A DNA stretch of 45,931 nt from Deltaproteobacteria bacterium (GCA_016202395.1 JACQOV010000039.1:1-45931), one strand, 5' to 3'; positions 1-8,612 are shown, counted from the stretch's first letter. Translations and numbers: made by a program. The notes: generated from the letters alone by a model not told the origin.

Positions 1-128
1 GATTTGACAGAATGGTTGATTGAATATAACTTCCATCGACCCCATCAGGCCCTGGGATATCAAACCCCCATCGCCTTCCATTACCAACATCATCAAGTGT
101 TACCGATGTACCCGTCCAGTACAAAACC

Positions 129-158
129 TTGACTTTAGCGTGGACAAGTTTCTATAAT
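129..158 (+). promoter_or_regulatory. sigma70-type promoter upstream of xseB
   Basis: TTGACT (129-134), 18-bp spacer, TATAAT (153-158); SD AAGAGGA before ATG 203. Confidence 0.65.
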
Positions 159-202
159 CGAAACAAAGTGTTGGCTTATTTAAACTTATTTTAAGAGGAA
201 TC

Positions 203-472
203 ATGAACCCAGTTGAAAGTGGAACTAAGGCGCCGCCGTTTGAGGAGTCGCTCAAGAGGTTGGAGGCGACCGTGAAAAAACTCGAGAAAGGGGACCTCCC
301 TTTGGAGGAGTCGTTGCATCATTTTGAGGAAGGGATTCGTCTTTCTCGCCTCTGCATGGAACAACTGAATACGGCAGAGAAACGGGTGGAACTTTTGCTC
401 AAAGACAAAGAGAATCGGTTTTTAACACGAGCCTTTGAAGAAGTGGAGCCGAGTGGCAAAGACGTTGAGTAA
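203..472 (+). CDS. xseB: exodeoxyribonuclease VII small subunit
   Basis: FEESLKRLE...LEKGDLPLEESL..FEEGIRL...C...L..AEKRV signature; 89 aa. Confidence 0.95.
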   Translation: MNPVESGTKAPPFEESLKRLEATVKKLEKGDLPLEESLHHFEEGIRLSRLCMEQLNTAEKRVELLLKDKENRFLTRAFEEVEPSGKDVE

Positions 473-1022
473 ATCTGTTTCGCTCACGGGGATTCAGAAA
501 AGGTTTTTTGGAGTTTTGGCCGAAACCCTGGATTTGGGGAGCGCTTTAAAGGAGTTTCCAGGCCTGGATTCAGAAACTGTCCAAGAATGGTTTCGTCGGC
601 TGTCGGGGAAAAGAGAGGCCTCTTCACGGTTTAAGGCCTATGTGGATGGAGCCTCGCGCGGAAATCCAGGAAAAGCGGGGGCCGGTGTTTGGATTGAAGG
701 GGATCCTCCGAATGAGTTGACCTGCTATTTGGGAGAAGCAACCAATAACGAGGCTGAATATCAAGCTCTTCTGGTTGCATTGAAGGAGGCTCACCGACGA
801 GGGGTCGCAGGGGTTCAGATTTATTCAGACTCTGAACTTTTAGTTCGACAGGTTCAAGGGGGCTATCAGATTCGGAGCGAAAAGCTTCGTCCCCTTTATG
901 AGCAGGTTAAGGATTTGATAGAACGGTTTGCTGAGTTTGAGATTCAGCACGTTCCTCGTGAAAAGAATCGAGAAGCCGATCGACTTGCCAACAAAGCGAT
1001 CGATCAGGCGCGTGAAGCGTGA
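465..1022 (+). CDS. rnhA: ribonuclease HI family protein with N-terminal extension (start uncertain, TTG 465 or 435)
   Basis: YVDGASRGNPG, TNNEAEY, SDSEL, HVPREKNREADRLAN motifs of RNase HI. Confidence 0.9.
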   Translation: MSKSVSLTGIQKRFFGVLAETLDLGSALKEFPGLDSETVQEWFRRLSGKREASSRFKAYVDGASRGNPGKAGAGVWIEGDPPNELTCYLGEATNNEAEYQALLVALKEAHRRGVAGVQIYSDSELLVRQVQGGYQIRSEKLRPLYEQVKDLIERFAEFEIQHVPREKNREADRLANKAIDQAREA

Positions 1023-1027
1023 ATATT

Positions 1028-1457
1028 GGCAGTGACGGTGACGATGGTCGCTCCCCGCGAGAGTGGGGAGAGGAAAGTCCGAACTCCATAGGGTAGGGCG
1101 CTGGGTAACGCCCAGGCTTCCCAGATTGGGAAGACGGAAAAAGTGCCACAGAAACCATACCGCCCCCGCCAATGGCGAGGGTAAGGGTGAAACGGTGAGG
1201 TAAGATCTCACCCGCAATGGGCGTGAGTCCATTGCGTGGTAAACCCCGCCCGGAGAAAGGTCAAATAGATCCTTCCCGTCCCCCCGCCATTGGCGGGGGG
1301 TAAAAAGAGTGGCCCGCTCGAAATTTCGGTGAAAGCCGAAGGGGGAGGATGGGTAGACCGCTAGAGCTCCACAGTAATGCGGAGTCGAGAGGAATGACCA
1401 TCTCCTTATCGTGTTCTCACGGTAAGGAACAGAATTCGGCTTACGAACGTCACTGTC
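1028..1457 (+). ncRNA. rnpB: RNase P RNA, bacterial type A
   Basis: GAGGAAAGTCC, AGTGCCACAGAAA, GGGTGAAACGG, GGTAAACCCC and ACAGAATTCGGCTTAC conserved blocks; P1 helix GGCAGTGACG (1028-1037) / CGTCACTGTC (1448-1457). Confidence 0.97.
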
Positions 1458-1490
1458 CCTATTTGTAGGATGCTCCACGCAGGACGCACC

Positions 1491-3269
1491 ATGGTCGATC
1501 GGGAAAAAGAACTGTGGCTTAAGTTTCGTAGGCGAGCCACTGGGTGGTTCCTCTTTCTGAGCATTCCTCTTTTCTTTTTTCAATACACCTCACTGTCTCG
1601 CACACTCTTCTTTATTCTCATTGGGTTGGCTCTTGTTTTGTTCAATCGAGCTGTCCAACAGGGCTTGCAGCGAGGAGGTTCTCAGCGGGGTTGGGTTGCC
1701 TCGGCGGTCCTAGCCGATGTTCTTGCAATTACAGGAGCGGTTTATCTTACGAGTGGTTTGCAAAGCCCTTTTATTTTCCTTTACTTCATTGAACTGATTG
1801 TTGTTCATTTTTATGTGGGACGCAGCGCAGGTGTGGCAACAACTTTGCTCAGTTATCTCGCTCTTATTGCAGTTGGAGTTTTTGAATATCTTGGATTCTT
1901 GCCGCATCAACCTTTCTTTGCGGATGGGACCGATCCTGAACTCTACTTGGATGCTCAATATCTTTTGGGAGCTTCTGTCGGATTGGCCTTCTTCTTTCTA
2001 TTTGCTCTCTATGTCTCCGATTTTGTCCTCTCTTGGAATCGTCGCAAAGAAGAGGAACTTCGTCAGTCCAATGATCAAATCCAACGAGCCAATCAAGAGT
2101 TAGAGAAGGGTAATTCCCACCTGATAGAACTAACTCAAGCAATTCGCCGGCAAAACGAGCAGCTTCTTCAGGCCAACAAGAGCCTCGAAATTCTAAATCA
2201 CATGGGCCGCACCTTGGCTGAGATCCAAGATCTCGATGGCCTTCTTCAAACCATCGTTCGCGAGATGAAGCGTCATTTCCGATTCTCAGATATGGCTCTC
2301 TTTACTTTGAATGAACCTGGGGGGAAAGCGGAACTGACCTACTCTACGAGCCCCTTTGCGGAGGCCTCGATGGAGAGGATCCGGCCGATGATTCAACGTG
2401 TTGTCTATCGGAAGGTGATGGAAGTGGAGTTGGTCCACGTTTCCCCGAAAGGGAAAGCTCTTCCTTCCCCCAATGGGGGGACTGCCCAGCTTTCTCTCAA
2501 TGGCGCCTCCATTCGAAGACAGCGGATTATTCTGCCGATTCTGTCCCGAAATCGGTGCATTGCTGTGTTGATCGCTGAGAGAGATGCCGGAGAGGGGATT
2601 TTAGGAGAGGATTCACTCCATCTGTTAGTTTCCATCTCGCATCAGTTGGGAATCTCTCTTGCGAATGCGGAGCTTTATCGGGGAATGGAGACACTCTCTA
2701 TTACGGATGGACTCACTTCCCTCTACAACCATCGTTACTTCCATCAGCGTTTGGAGGAGGAGCTTCGAAGAACGACTCGTTACAAAGGGCTGTTGGGTTT
2801 GATCCTATCCGACCTTGATTTTTTCAAGCGGGTGAACGATACCTATGGGCATCAGATTGGAGATCGAGTGCTGGCGGAGATGGGAGAGGTGCTTCGGATC
2901 GTTTCTCGTGACATTGATATCCCCGTTCGTTATGGCGGTGAAGAGTTTGCCATCATTTTGCCTCACACCGATCTAGCAGGGGCGATGCATGTGGCCGAGC
3001 GTTTGCGGCGAGTGGTCGAACAACGGGCCTTCCAAGGCAATGAAGAGCTTCGTTTAACGATCAGTGTGGGGTTGGCCCATTTTACCTCGGCGATGGGGAT
3101 CAACATGAACGAGCTGATCCGACGCGCAGATGCGGCCCTTTACTATGCCAAGCAGGTGGGGAGAAATCGAGTCCACCCTTACGTGATTGAACCCCCTGGA
3201 ACTTATGTTGGTGAACCCCAGGTTCCTTCCATTGAAAGTGAAGAATACGTCGCAGAAACCGCCGAATAA
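1491..3269 (+). CDS. membrane-bound diguanylate cyclase (multi-TM sensor, coiled coil, GAF, GGDEF); start 1491 or 1470
   Basis: Several hydrophobic helices, heptad-rich linker, GAF-like segment, TDGLT, DLDFFK.VND.YGH..GD, RYGGEEF, and an RxxD I-site (RDID). Confidence 0.92.
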   Translation: MVDREKELWLKFRRRATGWFLFLSIPLFFFQYTSLSRTLFFILIGLALVLFNRAVQQGLQRGGSQRGWVASAVLADVLAITGAVYLTSGLQSPFIFLYFIELIVVHFYVGRSAGVATTLLSYLALIAVGVFEYLGFLPHQPFFADGTDPELYLDAQYLLGASVGLAFFFLFALYVSDFVLSWNRRKEEELRQSNDQIQRANQELEKGNSHLIELTQAIRRQNEQLLQANKSLEILNHMGRTLAEIQDLDGLLQTIVREMKRHFRFSDMALFTLNEPGGKAELTYSTSPFAEASMERIRPMIQRVVYRKVMEVELVHVSPKGKALPSPNGGTAQLSLNGASIRRQRIILPILSRNRCIAVLIAERDAGEGILGEDSLHLLVSISHQLGISLANAELYRGMETLSITDGLTSLYNHRYFHQRLEEELRRTTRYKGLLGLILSDLDFFKRVNDTYGHQIGDRVLAEMGEVLRIVSRDIDIPVRYGGEEFAIILPHTDLAGAMHVAERLRRVVEQRAFQGNEELRLTISVGLAHFTSAMGINMNELIRRADAALYYAKQVGRNRVHPYVIEPPGTYVGEPQVPSIESEEYVAETAE

Positions 3270-4068
3270 GGTTGTTACACTCACCACCGATTATGGCGAG
3301 CGAGATGGCTTTGTTGGCGCTGTAAAGGGCGTTCTCCTTTCTTTTTGTTCCGAGACGCAGCTCATCGATATCACTCATCAGATTTCCGCGTTTAACGTCG
3401 AGGAAGCAGCCTTTGTTTTTTATAGCGCCGCTCCGTTTTTCCCGAAAGGGACGATCCATTTAGTGGTGGTCGATCCGGGTGTGGGGGGGAAGCGTCGTCC
3501 TATTGCGGTTCGCACGACAAGAGGAATTTATGTAGGGCCGGATAACGGAGTTTTTAGTTGGGTCTATGCGAATGAGCAAAAGGTCGAGGTTTTGCATCTC
3601 AATCAGCGGCGGTTTTTTTTGAAGAGGGTGAGCGCTACCTTTCACGGCCGAGATCTTTTTGCTTCCGTGGTGGGGTATCTTTTGCAGGGGGTTTCTCTAG
3701 AGAAGATGGGGACCCCCATTCGAGATTACGTTCGCTTTCCTATCTCGAAGGTAAAACGTCGTGGTCGAAGTTTAAAAGGCGCAATTATTCACGTCGATCA
3801 TTTCGGCAATGCCATCACCAACATCACCGAAAAGGATCTTCAACACTTGGCCTCCCCTCGTCGAATGACGGTACGGGTCGGAGGGATAGAGATTCGCGGA
3901 ATTCAGAAAACCTTTAGCTCGGTCGAGCGTATGCAGCCGATCGTTTACATCGGTGGTTCAGGGAACTTAGAGATTGCCATTCGTGAAGGGAACGCCGCTC
4001 AAGAGATCGGAGTGCGTCTCGGAGATTCTATCAACGTTGAAACCAGTCCACTTTTCGGAGTTTGCTAA
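3238..4068 (+). CDS. SAM hydroxide adenosyltransferase / SAM hydrolase (DUF62, halogenase superfamily); start uncertain (3187-3238)
   Basis: TLTTDYG, DITH, VVDPGVG..R, GPDNG, SATFHGRDLF, HVDHFGNAITN motifs. Confidence 0.88.
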   Translation: MKNTSQKPPNKVVTLTTDYGERDGFVGAVKGVLLSFCSETQLIDITHQISAFNVEEAAFVFYSAAPFFPKGTIHLVVVDPGVGGKRRPIAVRTTRGIYVGPDNGVFSWVYANEQKVEVLHLNQRRFFLKRVSATFHGRDLFASVVGYLLQGVSLEKMGTPIRDYVRFPISKVKRRGRSLKGAIIHVDHFGNAITNITEKDLQHLASPRRMTVRVGGIEIRGIQKTFSSVERMQPIVYIGGSGNLEIAIREGNAAQEIGVRLGDSINVETSPLFGVC

Positions 4069-4245
4069 CATAGCGAGGCAAGGGTCTCGCTTACCCCATT
4101 TTCCCACTTATTTCCTATCGGCAAGGAAGATCATCAATCCGTAGAGCTTGGTAGAATCTCAAGTACAAAATCTGTTGAACTCAATGACCCTCACGGCTTA
4201 CGGAATGAAAAATGCCCAACTGGTTGAAAAATATTGAGCTTTTTC

Positions 4246-4274
4246 TTGACAGGGGAGAGAAATTCCCTTATCTT
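4246..4274 (+). promoter_or_regulatory. dcw (mraZ) promoter
   Basis: TTGACA (4246-4251), 17 bp, TATCTT (4269-4274). Confidence 0.7.
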
Positions 4275-4280
4275 ATAGAA

Positions 4281-4310
4281 AAGTGGGAAAAAGTGGTAAA
4301 TTTTGGTCTA
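4281..4310 (+). promoter_or_regulatory. MraZ binding repeats
   Basis: AAGTGGGAAA AAGTGGTAAA TTTTGGTCTA: TGG at 4284, 4294 and 4304 (10-bp period), just downstream of the promoter, as expected for MraZ operators. Confidence 0.75.
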
Positions 4311-4356
4311 TGTAGAGGTTTTGAAGAGTCAGGGGCTGGGTAGATGAGGAGACTGG

Positions 4357-4788
4357 ATGTTTTTAGGTCGGCACGAGCACACGATGGATTCGAAGGGAAG
4401 GGTCAGTGTCCCTGCCCGGTTTCGAGAGAGAATCGAGGAGGAGTACCGGAATCAGCTTATCCTCACCAATGAAGAACGCTGTCTCGTTCTCTATCCCCAA
4501 GATGAATGGAAAAGTCTGATGGAAAAATTAGCGACACTTCCTCAAATGAAATTGGATGTGAAATCGTTTCAACGATTTTTTGTTTCAGGGGCATGTGAAT
4601 GTTCCATCGATCGACAGGGGAGGATTTTGATTCCGCCCATACTTCGCGGCTACGCAGGGCTTCAGAAAGATCTCATTTTTGTGGGAATACAAAACAAGAT
4701 CGAGATCTGGGATAAAGAGCGCTGGAATGAGGAGCTCGAAAAGTCCAAAGCAAGTTTTGTGAAGTTCAGCGACTCCATTGGAGTGTGA
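4357..4788 (+). CDS. mraZ: division/cell wall cluster transcriptional repressor MraZ
   Basis: MFLGRHEHTMDSKGRVSVP and second DRQGRILIP repeat; 143 aa. Confidence 0.97.
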   Translation: MFLGRHEHTMDSKGRVSVPARFRERIEEEYRNQLILTNEERCLVLYPQDEWKSLMEKLATLPQMKLDVKSFQRFFVSGACECSIDRQGRILIPPILRGYAGLQKDLIFVGIQNKIEIWDKERWNEELEKSKASFVKFSDSIGV

Positions 4789-4789
4789 A

Positions 4790-5173
4790 ATGAAGGAGAT
4801 GAAAATGATGGATGAAATTTCAGTGTTGTCGGTCACGGGGGAGATGGATGGAGAGCAGATCCGTGAATTGCGGCAGGCCATTGAGCGAGCCCTTGAAAGG
4901 TCCTGCTTGAATATTATTCTCGATTTCCGGGGTATCTCTCATGTTCACTATTCGGTGTGGGGGAGACTGCTTATCTTAATCCAAGAAGCTAAAGATCGAG
5001 GAGGGGATCTCCGCATTGGCAGTGTGAATCCTTACGTCTCTCAGATCTTTCATTTTGTGGGACTGGAAAAGATCCTGCCCACTTATCCTTCGATTTCTGA
5101 AGCCATAGATAGTTTTAATTCTACAACCTGGTTTTATTCCACAGGGTTACAACAAGAGGCGCGCTATGAATGA
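4790..5173 (+). CDS. STAS-domain (anti-sigma factor antagonist-like) protein; start ATG 4790-4808
   Basis: VLSVTGEMD...IILDFRGISH...GGDLRI..VNP.V.QIFHFVGL pattern of SpoIIAA/RsbV; the DSSG motif is replaced by HYSV. Confidence 0.8.
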   Translation: MKEMKMMDEISVLSVTGEMDGEQIRELRQAIERALERSCLNIILDFRGISHVHYSVWGRLLILIQEAKDRGGDLRIGSVNPYVSQIFHFVGLEKILPTYPSISEAIDSFNSTTWFYSTGLQQEARYE

Positions 5174-6183
5174 CCCTGAGGATGAAGACATTGGTTTCAG
5201 GAGGCCACCAGCCGGTTTTGGTCGAAGAGGTCCTTCGGTTCCTGAATTTTCCGGGATCCCGATGCATTGTCGATGGAACGGTTGGCTCTGGCGGTCACGC
5301 AGCCGCACTTCTGCAAGCGACCCCATCGTCCGTACGTCTCATTGGGCTCGACCGCGACCCGGAGGCGTTGAAAGGGGCGGCCAAGAGGTTGGATCCTTAT
5401 GAAGGGCGATTCTCTCTCTATCAGGCCAGTTATAAAAACCTGGAGGAGATTTTGAATCAGAATCCTTTGTCCACTGTCGATGGAATTCTTCTCGACCTTG
5501 GACTTTCGTCGATGCAACTTGAGATCGCAGAGAGGGGATTTAGCTTTCAGAAAGAAGGTCCTCTCGATATGAGATTCGATCCTGATTCTTCAAAAACGGC
5601 CGCGGATCTGGTTGCCAAAGCCACCGAGAAAGAGCTCTCGGACCTCTTTTGGCGTTATGGAGAGGAGCGTCATTCTAGAAGGATTGCCCGAGCCATCGTT
5701 CAAGCGCGTCAGTTGCGTCCGATTACGACAACCCGACAGCTTGCCGAGTTGGCGCAACGGACCCTTCCTTGGCAGGGAGGGAGACGACTTCATCCGGCGA
5801 CACGCGTTTTTCAGGCCTTAAGGATTGCTGTCAACGAGGAGCTTTCCGCGCTGGAGCATTTTTTGGGGCATGCGCTAGATTTCTTATCTCCAGGGGGGAG
5901 ACTCTGCATTTTGTCGTATCATTCTCTGGAAGATCGACAGGTCAAAGAGGCTTTTCGGCGTTGGCAAAGAGAGGGTCAAGCGAGGATTTTAACAAAGAAG
6001 CCGATACAATCTTCCGAATCCGAAATTCGAAACAATCCGCGAGCCCGCAGCGCGAAACTGCGAGCTGCGGAGAAACTAGAGCCCCCTGCCCATGGGGACG
6101 CCATACTTATTTCGCATCGAAATAAATATCGTGTTCCCCCATTTGGCGGGGGGCAAGGAGGTGTGGATGGGGAGAGAAATTAG
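5170..6183 (+). CDS. rsmH: 16S rRNA m4C1402 methyltransferase
   Basis: HQPVL, DGTVGSGGH, DLGLSSMQL, PLDMR, HPATRVFQALRIAVN, SYHSLEDR, NPRARSAKLR. Confidence 0.97.
   Translation: MTLRMKTLVSGGHQPVLVEEVLRFLNFPGSRCIVDGTVGSGGHAAALLQATPSSVRLIGLDRDPEALKGAAKRLDPYEGRFSLYQASYKNLEEILNQNPLSTVDGILLDLGLSSMQLEIAERGFSFQKEGPLDMRFDPDSSKTAADLVAKATEKELSDLFWRYGEERHSRRIARAIVQARQLRPITTTRQLAELAQRTLPWQGGRRLHPATRVFQALRIAVNEELSALEHFLGHALDFLSPGGRLCILSYHSLEDRQVKEAFRRWQREGQARILTKKPIQSSESEIRNNPRARSAKLRAAEKLEPPAHGDAILISHRNKYRVPPFGGGQGGVDGERN
6081..6154. repeat. 74-bp imperfect palindrome inside the rsmH 3' end
   Basis: GCCCCCTGCCCATGGGGACGCCATACTTATTTCG-CAT-CGAAATAAATATCGTGTTCCCCCATTTGGCGGGGGGC. Confidence 0.8.
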
Positions 6184-6511
6184 TCGAGGGACGATGTCAC
6201 TTCCCCTTTGGGTTCGACCTCGGTCTCAGTCTCGTTATGCCACTTCTCGGATCTTGTTTGTCATTCTCGTTGCTATGGGATTGGCTTTCCTATTTGTTTG
6301 GTCCCGATCCGAGGTGGTTCAGATGGGATATCGAATTTCCGAGGCTCGAAAGGAGCAAGACAAGTTTCTCTCTGAGAAAGGTCAGTTGGAGTTGGAGAGG
6401 GCAAGCCTTCGAGATCCTCGGCGGATTGAGGAGATCGCCACCCAGCGACTTGGGATGCGTTTGCCTAAGCCCAATGAAAGGATTGTCTTGGGGGAGGAGG
6501 GGGATCGATGA
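6167..6511 (+). CDS. ftsL: cell division protein FtsL
   Basis: SD AAGGAGGT before ATG 6167; single TM, leucine heptads, LRDPRRIEEIATQRLGM; lies between rsmH and ftsI. Confidence 0.9.
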   Translation: MGREISRGTMSLPLWVRPRSQSRYATSRILFVILVAMGLAFLFVWSRSEVVQMGYRISEARKEQDKFLSEKGQLELERASLRDPRRIEEIATQRLGMRLPKPNERIVLGEEGDR

Positions 6512-8481
6512 ATCGATTCGTCCACGCCGGTCCTCGTCGGTTGAATCTGCGCTTTCAGTTTGTGAAGGCGATGATGACTTTGGGAGTGGCATTGCTTCTT
6601 CTGCGTTGCTTCGTTCTTCAGGTGGTGGAAGGGGATCGATTTCGCAAACAGGCTCTCCGTCAACACGAGGGGATGGTTACGATTTACCCTCCTCGAGCCA
6701 CCCTCACCGATCGGGAAGGCAATCCGCTTGCGTTTAGTCTTGAAACCCAATCGGCTTTTGTCCATCCTCGTGAAGTGCAGAACCCCCAAAAGCTGGCTAA
6801 GGATCTTTCCTCTTTTCTCTCTGTAGATTATCGAGCGATCCTCAAAAAATTGAATAGTGACAAGCCTTTCGTTTGGCTGGAGAGGCGCCTGCCGGAGCCC
6901 ATTGCTGAACAGATCCAGATCCGCAACCTGCCTGCAGTGGGGTTTGTGCGAGAGCATCGCCGATACTATCCCAAAAGAGATCTTGCAGGGCATCTTCTCG
7001 GTTTCGCCGGAATCGATTCTCAGGGATTGGAAGGGATTGAACTTCGCTATGATGAATGGATTCGGGGGGAGCCCCAACAAATGGCTGTGGAGCGAGATGC
7101 CTTGGGAAGAAGGCTAGAGCTTCGCCCCGTTTCTTTGGAGCCGACCCAACTCCCTAAAGAGATCCGACTTACCATCAATCAATCGATTCAGTATATCGCA
7201 GAGGTGGAGCTTGAAAAGGCTGTAAAATCAACGGATGCCAAGGGGGGTGTGGTAATTGCCATGGATCCGTGGTCCGGTGAGATCCTGGCGATGGCGGTTC
7301 AGCCGAGTTTCAATCCGAACATCTTCTGGGAATATCGGCCGGAGCAATGGCGCAACCGCGCTGTTGCCGATGCCTATGAGCCGGGATCCACTTTTAAGGT
7401 TTTTTTGGTGGCCGCGGCCCTTGAAGCCGGGGTTGTGCAACCGGAAGGGACTCTGTTTTGCGAGAATGGAAAGTATCGGGTTGGAGGTCGCACCATCCAC
7501 GATGTTCATCCTCATGGATGGTTGACTGTTCCAGAGGTTCTTAAACTTTCGAGCAACATTTGTGTTACCAAAATATCTCAGATGTTGGGGCGAAATCTTT
7601 GGCATCAATCGATCCGGCGATTTGGATTCGGTGGACTGACGGGGATTGATCTCCCTTTTGAAGCTTCTGGAATTGTGCGACCGGTGGAGCAATGGCATGC
7701 GATCGATGAAGCGACGACCGCCTTTGGTCAAGGGGTTTCAACCTCTCCCATTCAGCTGGTTCGAGCGATGGCCGCCATTGCCAATGGTGGGAATTTGATG
7801 CGCCCCTATGTGGTGCGGGAGATTCGAGATCATGAAGGAAAGCTCTTGGTTGAAAATGAACCGCAGGTTTCTGGAAAAGCAATTTCGGATCACACGGCCG
7901 CAGAGATGCGAAAGATGTTGCAAGAGGTTGTGGTTTCAGGGGGAACTGGCGTGGCTGCCCGGATCGAAGGGTATGCGGTGGCTGGAAAAACGGGAACAGC
8001 GCAGAAAGTGGACCCCAAAACCAAACGGTATTCTCAAGAAGACTATGTCTCCTCTTTCATTGGTTTTTTACCTGCGGAGGATCCGCGGATTGTGCTTTTG
8101 GTGTTGGTGGATGAGCCCCATGGGGTTCACTATGGGGGGACGGTGGCAGCCCCTGTTTTTAAGAGAATTGCTGAGCAAGCGATCGTCCATCTGAACCTTC
8201 CGCCGGTCCAAGATTTCTTGCATTCTCCCTCTTCTCTTGTTACTGTTACCGGTCCAGAAGCCGTTTCAAAGCCGGATCCGGAAGAAGGGGGTCTTGAAGG
8301 TGTTCCCAACTTGGCGGGGATGAGTTTAAGAGAGGTTTTAAACCGTTTCCAGGGGACAGGGCTCCAGGTCCGGTCGAAGGGTAATGGATTTGTTGTAGGT
8401 CAAGACCCTCCGCCGGGATCTCTTTTGGAAGGACTTAAAGAAATCCGAGTGGAGTTGGCCACTCAGATGCAAACGCAATAA
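6508..8481 (+). CDS. ftsI: class B penicillin-binding protein FtsI/PBP3 with C-terminal PASTA domain
   Basis: EPGSTFK (SxxK), SSN, KTGTAQK, RYYP, C-terminal VPNLAGMSLRE PASTA. Confidence 0.96.
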   Translation: MNRFVHAGPRRLNLRFQFVKAMMTLGVALLLLRCFVLQVVEGDRFRKQALRQHEGMVTIYPPRATLTDREGNPLAFSLETQSAFVHPREVQNPQKLAKDLSSFLSVDYRAILKKLNSDKPFVWLERRLPEPIAEQIQIRNLPAVGFVREHRRYYPKRDLAGHLLGFAGIDSQGLEGIELRYDEWIRGEPQQMAVERDALGRRLELRPVSLEPTQLPKEIRLTINQSIQYIAEVELEKAVKSTDAKGGVVIAMDPWSGEILAMAVQPSFNPNIFWEYRPEQWRNRAVADAYEPGSTFKVFLVAAALEAGVVQPEGTLFCENGKYRVGGRTIHDVHPHGWLTVPEVLKLSSNICVTKISQMLGRNLWHQSIRRFGFGGLTGIDLPFEASGIVRPVEQWHAIDEATTAFGQGVSTSPIQLVRAMAAIANGGNLMRPYVVREIRDHEGKLLVENEPQVSGKAISDHTAAEMRKMLQEVVVSGGTGVAARIEGYAVAGKTGTAQKVDPKTKRYSQEDYVSSFIGFLPAEDPRIVLLVLVDEPHGVHYGGTVAAPVFKRIAEQAIVHLNLPPVQDFLHSPSSLVTVTGPEAVSKPDPEEGGLEGVPNLAGMSLREVLNRFQGTGLQVRSKGNGFVVGQDPPPGSLLEGLKEIRVELATQMQTQ

Positions 8482-8592
8482 ATGCTGTTATACTTCGTTG
8501 GCCTCCTTCGGCACTCACTCAGCGTACACCCAAAGTACGCTTCGTTCGGCCTCGGTCGGCCGCCTCGTCTAACAGCACTTCTTGCGTTTGCA
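8468..8592. repeat. 125-bp palindromic MITE/REP-like element, copy 1
   Basis: Ends TGCAAACGCAATAAATGCTGTTA / TAACAGCACTTCTTGCGTTTGCA, central AGCGTAC-7nt-GTACGCT hairpin; near-identical copy at 21508-21634. Confidence 0.9.
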
Positions 8593-8612
8593 AAAATGTT
8601 GTTTTACTAAAA

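Noticed and set aside
1-128. Open minus-strand frames running off the left edge, and a TTGACA at 4-9
   Set aside because: Too short, no recognisable motif or clear start, and the spacer to TATAAC is only 15 bp.
840-1583. 247-aa minus-strand ORF (and 907-1158)
   Set aside because: Antisense to rnhA and rnpB; a typical spurious translation of RNase P RNA.
3238-4068. Possible fluorinase/chlorinase
   Set aside because: It retains the Asp-Arg-His pattern (DPGVG..R, FHGRD) of DUF62 SAM hydrolases and has no biosynthetic cluster context.
4072-4091. Hairpin AGCGAGGC-AAGG-GTCTCGCT after the DUF62 gene as a terminator
   Set aside because: No U-tract follows, so it cannot be supported as an intrinsic terminator.
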